A stretch of 64,000 nucleotides of DNA from a virus (Duplodnaviria > Caudoviricetes). Positions 53,503 through 61,304 of the stretch are shown piece by piece (the first letter of the stretch is position 1; the number at the start of each line of letters is the position of its first letter). The notes under the pieces were generated by a model that searched no databases, had not been told where the DNA came from, and saw nothing but the letters and a program-made list of their open reading frames with translations. Location of the stretch: IMG/VR virus record IMGVR_UViG_3300000478_000013, positions 1-64,000 of that record; one strand, written 5' to 3'. Made by a program: the position numbers and the translations under genes.

Positions 53503-55127
53503 TGTCCCTCCTCCAGAAGGTCTGGGAACTCATCCTCAGACAGAGAACGGTTGAACCCTCGTTCTATCTTTATGTGCTGCTCTATCGCCTCTAGCTCTTC
53601 ATTTATCTCGTTGATAGTATTCTCTATCCCCATCCTGTTCTTCACGACTCGTACAACGCTGGAGGGCTTTGGGAAGTAAAATGCGGCGCCCGTCTTGGTT
53701 TTAACAACCTCTGGGGTTTGTCCCAAAAGCTCCGCCATCTTATTCTTGTAATCCCCCAGCAAATCAACCAAGTGGTCTCTGAAGGACGACCCTTGCGTAT
53801 CTTTTTGCTCGTCTCCAGGAGCATTCGCCCACAGGATGATCATCCTGTATTTATCATCAAACTCCACAAACCCAGAAAATCTGTTCTTCTTTATGAGTTC
53901 CAGCTGGAACTCGGACAGGTGCTTTCCTATGAACTTCTCTTCTTTTATGTTCACGCTTGGAAACGCATCGTCTATCTGATCCGGCCGGAAAGGGAGCTTT
54001 ACCAACGTTACCAGTTGAGAATTTCCTGGTCCGGGCTCACTTATCGAGGTCAGCAGCTCGCTCTCTAATGACATCTCGTCTACTGCTCTGTTTCCTCTTA
54101 GCATCCCTCTCGCCACATCAAACTTGGATTCAAGAAGAGAAACCACCTTTTCTACATAGTTGTCATACGGAGAGGTGATCGTAGCCTTCCTACCTACAAG
54201 GGAAGCCTTTACGGCACCCTTTGACTTGTCTTCTATGTCATTTAGGACTTTGGCCCATTCCTCTGGGGTACCCTTGTCATGGAACATTACGGAAATCTGG
54301 TAGGAGGGCTTGGCTGTGAGTATGTTGGTTATCTTTTCTCTCTTTGTGTTCGAACCTTGGTCCCAGTCAGGTCTTACCGACAACACAGCCCTAGTAAGGT
54401 CCCTCAAGTCAGAAGGAGCAACAGCATACCATTTTGGTTTAGACCCTGTACCTTCCACGTAAGAGTTCAAAAAGTATAAGGTGAGGAGGGGACCCTCAGG
54501 AGATGTACCTGCGGTAGAGTTGATAGCAGCGGCCAGATCGTCGTACCTCTTGTCGAGAAACTCACTTCTTTCCTTGCTATTTCTTACAGCATCGTCTCCT
54601 ACTGTGTAGGATTGCCCTTCCGTGGAAACCTTCTTAACAGAGGCTATCAGAGAGTCTACCAGAGAAACCAAGTCCCTTCCGGTGGTTCCTTCTAAATGAG
54701 GGTCGTTGTCGTCGTGAAACCTAAGCTCGTAAAGCTTGTCCCGTAGCCTACGAAGTGGCCTGTCCAACGCGTTGAACTCCCCGCCAGAAAAGTTAGGAGA
54801 AGGATTCTTGAATGTTCCTTGGGTCGAAGAGTCTATCCATTCCATCCTTTTCTTTGTGGATGGGAGTTTGTACCCTCGGTTCTCAAGGTATCGCACCAAG
54901 GAAGATATGATGGATATAGGCTGACTTACGGGAGGAAGGCTGTCGCTCTTTAGATTGTTATGAGCGTAAAGTACTGAAAGTAAGGAGCTTATGTCCTTAT
55001 CGAAAAGTGTGGGGTCGCCAACCAAATTGGCAAGGGTAGCCAGCTTGATGTTAGAGGTGGACAACACCTCTCTGGCTACTCTCTGAAGGTACAGGGCCCT
55101 TTTCTCTAGTTTTATTCTGGCATTCAT
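53499..55127 (-). CDS. hypothetical late protein (542 aa)
   Basis: Long ORF with leader ...LQRVAREV. Confidence 0.6.
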   Translation of the reverse strand: MNARIKLEKRALYLQRVAREVLSTSNIKLATLANLVGDPTLFDKDISSLLSVLYAHNNLKSDSLPPVSQPISIISSLVRYLENRGYKLPSTKKRMEWIDSSTQGTFKNPSPNFSGGEFNALDRPLRRLRDKLYELRFHDDNDPHLEGTTGRDLVSLVDSLIASVKKVSTEGQSYTVGDDAVRNSKERSEFLDKRYDDLAAAINSTAGTSPEGPLLTLYFLNSYVEGTGSKPKWYAVAPSDLRDLTRAVLSVRPDWDQGSNTKREKITNILTAKPSYQISVMFHDKGTPEEWAKVLNDIEDKSKGAVKASLVGRKATITSPYDNYVEKVVSLLESKFDVARGMLRGNRAVDEMSLESELLTSISEPGPGNSQLVTLVKLPFRPDQIDDAFPSVNIKEEKFIGKHLSEFQLELIKKNRFSGFVEFDDKYRMIILWANAPGDEQKDTQGSSFRDHLVDLLGDYKNKMAELLGQTPEVVKTKTGAAFYFPKPSSVVRVVKNRMGIENTINEINEELEAIEQHIKIERGFNRSLSEDEFPDLLEEGQ

Positions 55128-55134
55128 ACTAAAA

Positions 55135-55977
55135 CTACCTAGTCTTTTTGGGCCTTATAGCCTGCCACGTGCCTAGATCGTACCCGTCTTTGGTTAGCTG
55201 GTCAAAAAGCTTCTTAAGAAGCCTGGACGCTGGTTTAGCCATAGAGTAACCGTCGTAACACAGCCCATTGTGCAGCTCACTTATGGACCTAGTCAGAGTG
55301 TTCTTTGCGTGCATAGAGCAGGATCCAGATCCTGCAGGAGATACGTACATGGGTACGTTTCTCCTCGCACATTCCTTAGCCCAGAACTTGTGTGCAAGAG
55401 CCCACTGGTCCCCTTCGTTCTTAGGGGACACAATCATTCTACGACGCTTAGGATCTTTAAGGACCGCATTCCAACACTTCTCTGCCTCCGGAGATGCCCC
55501 TTGAGGTGGGTGCCCCACCTTAGGCGACCCCTTACCTGCTCTGGCCATTCTGAGTCTTGTGGCCTTGGGTATGGCCCTGGCCTCGGCTACGACCTCTCGA
55601 ATCTCTTCTTCCGTGAAGGATGTGTTGGCATCCGCCTGTAGATTGAGAGGCATGAGAGGTCTGTTGAGGAAGCCGTTCGCCTTCAGCCAAGAAGTAGAAT
55701 CCTCTAGGTCAGTCGGCTTCCACACTAGAGCTACTGCTTCTTGTAGGTGATCTAGCCTTACCTTGTTCTGAACATAGACTTTGGCCATGTTCCTCATTTG
55801 CTCTTCGTTCTTTATCCCCAGGAGCCTTAGTCTTCCCAGGAACTGGGAATAGTACTGCTCAGGAAGCACCTTAAACATCTTGAGCCAAGCAGATTCCTCC
55901 TCCACGATCCTCCATAGCAGTTCCTTAGGCGCGTAAAGAACTGCCTTCTTTTGTTGGTCTAGGGGGAGAACGTCCAT
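55135..55977 (-). CDS. hypothetical late protein with internal ChaB-like module
   Basis: TGATG overlap; PPQGASPEAEKCWNAVL...DQWALA. Confidence 0.6.
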   Translation of the reverse strand: MDVLPLDQQKKAVLYAPKELLWRIVEEESAWLKMFKVLPEQYYSQFLGRLRLLGIKNEEQMRNMAKVYVQNKVRLDHLQEAVALVWKPTDLEDSTSWLKANGFLNRPLMPLNLQADANTSFTEEEIREVVAEARAIPKATRLRMARAGKGSPKVGHPPQGASPEAEKCWNAVLKDPKRRRMIVSPKNEGDQWALAHKFWAKECARRNVPMYVSPAGSGSCSMHAKNTLTRSISELHNGLCYDGYSMAKPASRLLKKLFDQLTKDGYDLGTWQAIRPKKTR

Positions 55978-56669
55978 CAGAAAAACTCTCTTATGATGTC
56001 AATTTCAGAACGGGCTTCGCTGATCATACGAAGGGCCATGTCCATTTCTTTGTTGTGATTCTTCTTGTGTGCTACAACAGCTTTCACTGAGGCAAGCACC
56101 ATAGCCTTAGCAAGAGGCAGAGAATTAGGTACTCCCTGCGCCTCCAGCCTCTTTGCAGTCTTCGCTATAACAGAGGCTATCCTCTTTTTCTCGTCAGCGA
56201 CAGAGGCAGACCTTTGGTTACCACCGCCCCCAGCGGACTGCTGGGCTACCTGCTGAGCACCCTGTCCTATCATTTGTGCCACGTTTCCTGCGATGTCGGC
56301 CCACATGTCTGGGGGTAAATTCTTAGCAAATTGCATTATCTTGGGGCCAAGTTTGGCTATCATGGGTCCAAGAGCGCGCACGAGGGCGAGAAGCGCAGGA
56401 TGGGCTGTCTTTTCCACGTCTGCTTTTACCATTCGACGCATCTTTGCGGCTACTTCTAACATTCTCTTTTCTTGCGATGTGTTCATGGCCTTCCTTACCC
56501 ACTTTCCGTTGTCTTTCTTCCAATTTTTCTTTACGGCTCCCCAGGAATATTGATACTTGTTTTCTACGTCACTCCCCGCGTTCTCGTAAGCATTCATCCA
56601 AACTTTTTGCGCGTCCTCTGGGAGTGACTTCACCTGTGTAGGCAGGTCTTTTATACTGGAGTAGGGCAT
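55977..56669 (-). CDS. ChaB-domain protein with extended C-terminus
   Basis: MPYSSIKDLP..VK.LPEDAQKVWMNAYENA...SWGAVKKNWKKD.GKWVRK. Confidence 0.85.
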   Translation of the reverse strand: MPYSSIKDLPTQVKSLPEDAQKVWMNAYENAGSDVENKYQYSWGAVKKNWKKDNGKWVRKAMNTSQEKRMLEVAAKMRRMVKADVEKTAHPALLALVRALGPMIAKLGPKIMQFAKNLPPDMWADIAGNVAQMIGQGAQQVAQQSAGGGGNQRSASVADEKKRIASVIAKTAKRLEAQGVPNSLPLAKAMVLASVKAVVAHKKNHNKEMDMALRMISEARSEIDIIREFF

Positions 56670-58075
56670 CAAATCCTCTCATGAAGTGGAAGGCTTCGGG
56701 TAAACTTCGGCTCCTTCACTACAGTTTGTGTTTGAGGTGCCTTAACATACGTGACTATTCTTTCGTCTGTACCTTCAAATCCTGGTCCCAAGGCTTCTTT
56801 GTCCTGGTCTTCTTCCTGGTCAAAATCTAGAAACCTAGATAACTTGTCCGCTACATTGGTTTGTCCTCTTTTACGCGCCTCTTTGGCCACTGCTGCCAAT
56901 TTGAGCTTTGCCTTCTTGGGCATGTACGTCACTAGGGCGCGGTAAAATACTTGAAACCCGTCTGGACCCATTTCTCGTACCTCGGTGACCTCTATCTCCT
57001 GCTCCGCCTTGTCCGTAACAATCTTTATTTGGTGCCCCTCCATGTCATCTACAGCCAAGGCCTGGGAAGAATCCAATAGACGAATTCTCATGTCACCGTC
57101 CTTCATGGACAGTATTTCTACTGGTATGACTACATCTCCTGCTTGAAGGTAATTTTCGCTGTCAGAAGAGGCCTCTACCTTGTTACTGAGACTTACGTTC
57201 CATGACTTTTCTTTCCCGACATTAATGTCCACCGAATCTACCCTCCAGGTCAGGGATTTAACAGCAGCATAGTTCTTTGGACTCTTGCTGTATTCTAAGG
57301 TTACATGGGGGTTGTAGTTCTTTCCTGTGAAGGTCTTATCAATGAGACCGGGCTTCACGAACTCTATGGCGTCTAGACACATGTCGTGGAAATCAGTGAG
57401 GGCAGTAGACTTAACCTTTGCAACATGAGGGTAAGTTCCATCTTTCTGAGGAGTAGGGAAAGTTGTGGTCCCATCGAGCTGCACTTCAAAGGTTCCTATC
57501 TCTTTTGCTATATCCTCAATAAGGGGTATTATTTCCTTGGCGTCTTCCTCAGAAATAGAAGGGAAGTACATCACTGTAATGTGCGGGCCGTACTCCAAGT
57601 CTGAGGCAAAGGGCATATGATCTGCTATGTTCTTTGGGACGCTTATGCCTATGATTCCACTGTCCTTTTTGGACGCAGATATGAGTGGCCTCTGGTCATC
57701 TGAGGAAAAAGAGAAACTGATGACAAATGGCATGTGGGAGTATCTTTCAAAAGTGGACCCAGAAGGAAGGTCCGTAACTCCAGTAAGGAGTCCCATAAAC
57801 TCATCCGTTCCTGCCCTGAACCTTACCGCCTTGCCTACTCTTGACTTGATGTACCTATAGATGTGCTCTATGTCTGATTGAGTGTCATCCTGATCTGTGG
57901 ACCAAAGGAACTTTATCCTAAGCGTTCCTTCGCTCTCCTTGGACGAAAGAATCGTAGCTTCAAACGACTGGGAGTCCAACGTGATGGACACGTCCTTGTT
58001 TAGATACTTAGTCAGTACCCTAGAAGCAGACTCTGGGTCTGTTATCTTGTCAGCCGTAAGAAAACGTAGTTTCAT
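56669..58075 (-). CDS. multidomain protein with central 2H phosphoesterase (2'-5' RNA ligase/Acb1-like) domain
   Basis: GPHITVMY and YNPHVTLEY (two HxT motifs); ATG 58075 overlaps the upstream stop. Confidence 0.8.
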   Translation of the reverse strand: MKLRFLTADKITDPESASRVLTKYLNKDVSITLDSQSFEATILSSKESEGTLRIKFLWSTDQDDTQSDIEHIYRYIKSRVGKAVRFRAGTDEFMGLLTGVTDLPSGSTFERYSHMPFVISFSFSSDDQRPLISASKKDSGIIGISVPKNIADHMPFASDLEYGPHITVMYFPSISEEDAKEIIPLIEDIAKEIGTFEVQLDGTTTFPTPQKDGTYPHVAKVKSTALTDFHDMCLDAIEFVKPGLIDKTFTGKNYNPHVTLEYSKSPKNYAAVKSLTWRVDSVDINVGKEKSWNVSLSNKVEASSDSENYLQAGDVVIPVEILSMKDGDMRIRLLDSSQALAVDDMEGHQIKIVTDKAEQEIEVTEVREMGPDGFQVFYRALVTYMPKKAKLKLAAVAKEARKRGQTNVADKLSRFLDFDQEEDQDKEALGPGFEGTDERIVTYVKAPQTQTVVKEPKFTRSLPLHERI

Positions 58076-58737
58076 TTGTTGAGTACCGAGTCTATGGCCC
58101 TGTCTAAACCTTCTACCCATCTGCGGCACATTCCTGCATTGGGAGAGTAGAAGGATACTCGATCAAAGGTGTACGCACGTACACCATCTATCAGAAATTC
58201 TTCCATTAGAATTCTGTGGTCTGCCGTTACTATTGGCTCCCTTACTACACCGTGATTTTCTAGCTTGGCCCAGGTCAAAGGCTTAGGTAGACTGTAATTT
58301 TGCCCAGTCTTTCTTAGAAGACTCTTTTCTCTTGGTGAAATTTCAAATCTGTAGCATTGTTTGCTTCCAAGGTACTCTACCAGCCTAACTATAGCATCCC
58401 GGTCCAAACCGTAATCAGGTTTGGTTTTGAGCAGGGTACAGAGACCACCAGAACATATCAGGTGCTTCTTCTGCGTTGCCCTTCCTCCACTGGAGGGGGA
58501 CACAACGCTCGGAACAGGAGCGGCCTTTTCTTTAAAGTCGTAGCCCTCAGACGAAAGAGCCTTCTGTATACGCATGAGAAGACGTAAGGCCCTGTCATTC
58601 TTTGTATAGGAAGAAGATTCCACAAAGTAAACTAGGAGGTCATCAAACGCGTTCTCTACCTCCTTGTTATACTTTTTCTTCTTCTTGCTCTTCTTGCCAG
58701 AAGCAAGAACTAGCAGTCTGCTAACGATATCACTCAT
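58072..58737 (-). CDS. hypothetical late protein
   Basis: AGGAG SD; leader SRLLVLAS. Confidence 0.6.
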   Translation of the reverse strand: MSDIVSRLLVLASGKKSKKKKKYNKEVENAFDDLLVYFVESSSYTKNDRALRLLMRIQKALSSEGYDFKEKAAPVPSVVSPSSGGRATQKKHLICSGGLCTLLKTKPDYGLDRDAIVRLVEYLGSKQCYRFEISPREKSLLRKTGQNYSLPKPLTWAKLENHGVVREPIVTADHRILMEEFLIDGVRAYTFDRVSFYSPNAGMCRRWVEGLDRAIDSVLNK

Positions 58738-59083
58738 CGGAATCTCCTACAGAAGCCAATAGCGCTCTAAACCTCATGAGATGAGTGGACGCTACTCGTG
58801 CAGACGCTTCTCTTATCGGTCTGTTTTTTCTGGTCAGCATTTCGTTAATAGCTGGACTGGCCTCCAGAGCGGCTACCACTTCTTCGTAGGCCCTGTAGAT
58901 TAGACCCGTATCCTGGCTCTGACCGGTCACAGCAGCCAGGAACTCTGCTCCTGCAATAGCAGCGGAGGCTACCAGTGATCTCGGGTGTGTACCGTCAGCC
59001 TGTTGCAGTATGGACGCTATGTGTTCCAGTCTATCCAGGTTGTCAGACACCTTTAGGAACCTTTTTTGGAGGTCTGGTCTCAT
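58730..59083 (-). CDS. helical hypothetical late protein
   Basis: GAGGA SD; leader DLQKRFLKVSDNL. Confidence 0.6.
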   Translation of the reverse strand: MRPDLQKRFLKVSDNLDRLEHIASILQQADGTHPRSLVASAAIAGAEFLAAVTGQSQDTGLIYRAYEEVVAALEASPAINEMLTRKNRPIREASARVASTHLMRFRALLASVGDSDE

Positions 59084-59346
59084 TGTGCGTCCTCATTCAT
59101 TTTCGCTACTATTCTCTCAAATCGCTGTAGAAGCACTTCCATACGAGAGGCTGTTTTCTTATTGGCTACTATGGCAGCGGACAGGGCGCTAATGTCCCTT
59201 GATTTCAGGGCGGAATCCATCTCTTGGGCGTGTGCGTTAACCCTGTTGGATATCTCTCCCATCTCCTCTATAAAGGAGGAAAGGTAATGCATGGTTTTCA
59301 TGTTGTTGGCCAGTCTGAGTAGACGAATTTTGTGTCTTGCCTTCAT
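59080..59346 (-). CDS. helical hypothetical late protein
   Basis: ATG 59346 (MKARHKIRLLRLANNM). Confidence 0.55.
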   Translation of the reverse strand: MKARHKIRLLRLANNMKTMHYLSSFIEEMGEISNRVNAHAQEMDSALKSRDISALSAAIVANKKTASRMEVLLQRFERIVAKMNEDAQ

Positions 59347-59430
59347 GATACAAGGATAAATACGAAAAAGCACCCAAGTGTTTTAGTGAACGAGCTAGTA
59401 GTACCTCTTTAGATTACTATTTTACTGTAT

Positions 59431-59583
59431 ATGTCTAGGATATACCACTTGTCCCTGTACTCCGTAATTTGCGTATCTGCAATAACTACAGCGTGGGGAG
59501 TGGTGGCCAATGATGTTAAGAGCTTTTTGATTGGGCCTGTCGTAGCACTCTCGGTTTGGATGGTTATGGACGAGGAAGAGTAA
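59431..59583 (+). CDS. 50-aa two-TM membrane microprotein (not in the ORF track)
   Basis: MSRIYHLSLYSVICVSAITTAWGVVANDVKSFLIGPVVALSVWMVMDEEE*; fills the intergenic gap. Confidence 0.5.
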   Translation: MSRIYHLSLYSVICVSAITTAWGVVANDVKSFLIGPVVALSVWMVMDEEE

Positions 59584-61216
59584 GTGTCCACTTAGCCTGC
59601 CCGCAGTCCCATACTCTAACCATTCCTTTCTGTAGCCCTGTGCTTCCTGGGAATTTCATTCGATGGTAGGAGTTTCCCTTCATATCTGTCCATACGAAAG
59701 ATACGTGCTGACTTGTCAATTCCCACCCAAGAGACTTTAGATACGACCCGTCACCATACCTAAGGTCTATAAAAGTCTGTACTGATTTAGGGTCTAGTGC
59801 ACTAATCGCATGAGACAGCAACTTTGAGAACCCACCAACAACTGTCACGCCAGGCCGTGAGCAAAACCTAGACACATCCAACACGCCTTCCTTTTTCGAT
59901 TTGAATCGAACTTGCATGGCCGCTAGCGTGTTACCTTCTCTATCTACAAGGGAATATATGGTGCCACTGCCCTTGCCCATAAGGTGAAAATCTGAAAAGA
60001 AACTAGTACTTCCAGGTACAACATTTGTACTCCTGGCATACACCTTCTTGTTACCTCCAAGAAAGTTCAGCACAATAGACTTGCATATGTTTGGCTTTGT
60101 TAGTATTTCGTCTTCTCTAAAGAAGAAGGGACGGAACCCTTTACCTATGTAGGCCTCTCTTTTCTTCTTATGGTACTTCTTATCTGACTTCTGGGCCTCT
60201 GAGTGCCAAAACAAACCGTCGCATTCTATGATTAGCTTCGCTCTTGGAAGAACTAGATCTGGAAAGTAAGAGGTGCCATCCAGCTTTTTGTTGCGTATCA
60301 ATTCTTCCCCTACGTCAAACCAAGATGCCGCTATGTTTTCTAGGGTGGACTCTGTCTTGGAGAATTTATCAAGGATAGTTCTGGCTTCTGCTCCAAATTT
60401 GTTGACGGCAACGTTGACCGTGGCGTAGGACGACCCTATCTTTTCCGCATACTGTCGCTGTGTCATCCCATCGATAAGCGTAGACGTTCCCCTTTGGTCT
60501 CTTCTCCTCATCGTTTCTTCATAAGAAGGAAAAAACGTGTACTCGGGGTCTTCTTTTAGGCACTTGAACACCCAAGAAGACGTGTGTTCTATTTCCTTTC
60601 CGGTTCTCTTGTCTTTGACGCGTAGAACCTTGTCCGAAGACTTCTGAGAATCCTGCAGAGACACCAACTCAAAGTTGTCGGACACAGCCTGGAGTCTTAT
60701 GCGAAAGTACTCCTCACTGTAGGCTGCTGGAAGTCCTAATCGAAGAGTAAGTCTGCTTCGACTCTGTCCCATGTCTTTCGCGACCTTGGACATGGATTCT
60801 CCCTTTGCCCACCTTAGTATGGCTGCTTTTTCTTCTGCTGACTTATCAAGTAGAAGTGAGTCTAGTGAAGCACTGTGACTTTTCTTATCGCGGGAAAACA
60901 GAAACACTTCTGGGTCTGCCCGTAGTTTAGAAGTAAGCTCTTCACTAGTGATATCTCCTGACGCTCCGTCCCTAGTATCCTCCACAGTTAGATAAACGTA
61001 ACTGGTTCCTGTACCAGACTTTTTACGTTCTACCTTTAGACACTTCAGGTGGGGAGCAAGCAAGGATAGCCTAAAAGAGTATGACTCCTCAGACCCCTTG
61101 GGTGGAATTCCCAAGGCTGGTCTGACCATTGACGTCTTAACCCCCAGGTCCTTCGCAAGAGAAGACAGCTTTTCTCCCTTCGCCCAGCGAACCAACAGAC
61201 TCTGTTTTTGCTCCAT
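59564..61216 (-). CDS. Hef-like free-standing homing endonuclease (Vsr/DUF559-like PD-(D/E)xK nuclease plus C-terminal domain)
   Basis: PDLVL...IIECDGLFWHS, FFREDE, KVYAR, RFCS...VVGGFSKLL, DLRY.DG, VWDCG; two N-terminal HTH-containing repeats (RWAKGE). Confidence 0.8.
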   Translation of the reverse strand: MEQKQSLLVRWAKGEKLSSLAKDLGVKTSMVRPALGIPPKGSEESYSFRLSLLAPHLKCLKVERKKSGTGTSYVYLTVEDTRDGASGDITSEELTSKLRADPEVFLFSRDKKSHSASLDSLLLDKSAEEKAAILRWAKGESMSKVAKDMGQSRSRLTLRLGLPAAYSEEYFRIRLQAVSDNFELVSLQDSQKSSDKVLRVKDKRTGKEIEHTSSWVFKCLKEDPEYTFFPSYEETMRRRDQRGTSTLIDGMTQRQYAEKIGSSYATVNVAVNKFGAEARTILDKFSKTESTLENIAASWFDVGEELIRNKKLDGTSYFPDLVLPRAKLIIECDGLFWHSEAQKSDKKYHKKKREAYIGKGFRPFFFREDEILTKPNICKSIVLNFLGGNKKVYARSTNVVPGSTSFFSDFHLMGKGSGTIYSLVDREGNTLAAMQVRFKSKKEGVLDVSRFCSRPGVTVVGGFSKLLSHAISALDPKSVQTFIDLRYGDGSYLKSLGWELTSQHVSFVWTDMKGNSYHRMKFPGSTGLQKGMVRVWDCGQAKWTLTLPRP

Positions 61217-61256
61217 GGATGGATGATAACACCCCTCCGTAGCGATAGCCACTTAA

Positions 61257-61289
61257 AAAGAAAAGCCCCGTATTACGGGGCTTTTCTTT
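61257..61289. terminator. intrinsic terminator downstream of the capsid gene (potentially bidirectional)
   Basis: Perfect inverted repeat AAAGAAAAGCCCCGTA-t-TACGGGGCTTTTCTTT. Confidence 0.9.
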
Positions 61290-61304
61290 CACTAGGAATT
61301 AGAC

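Noticed and set aside
59409-59591. 60-aa - strand ORF
   Set aside because: No plausible start context; the + strand two-TM ORF over the same bases is more protein-like
59347-61304. Group I intron surrounding the Hef-like endonuclease
   Set aside because: Flanking genes are intact, a terminator precedes the ORF, and no intron core elements were recognised; it appears free-standing
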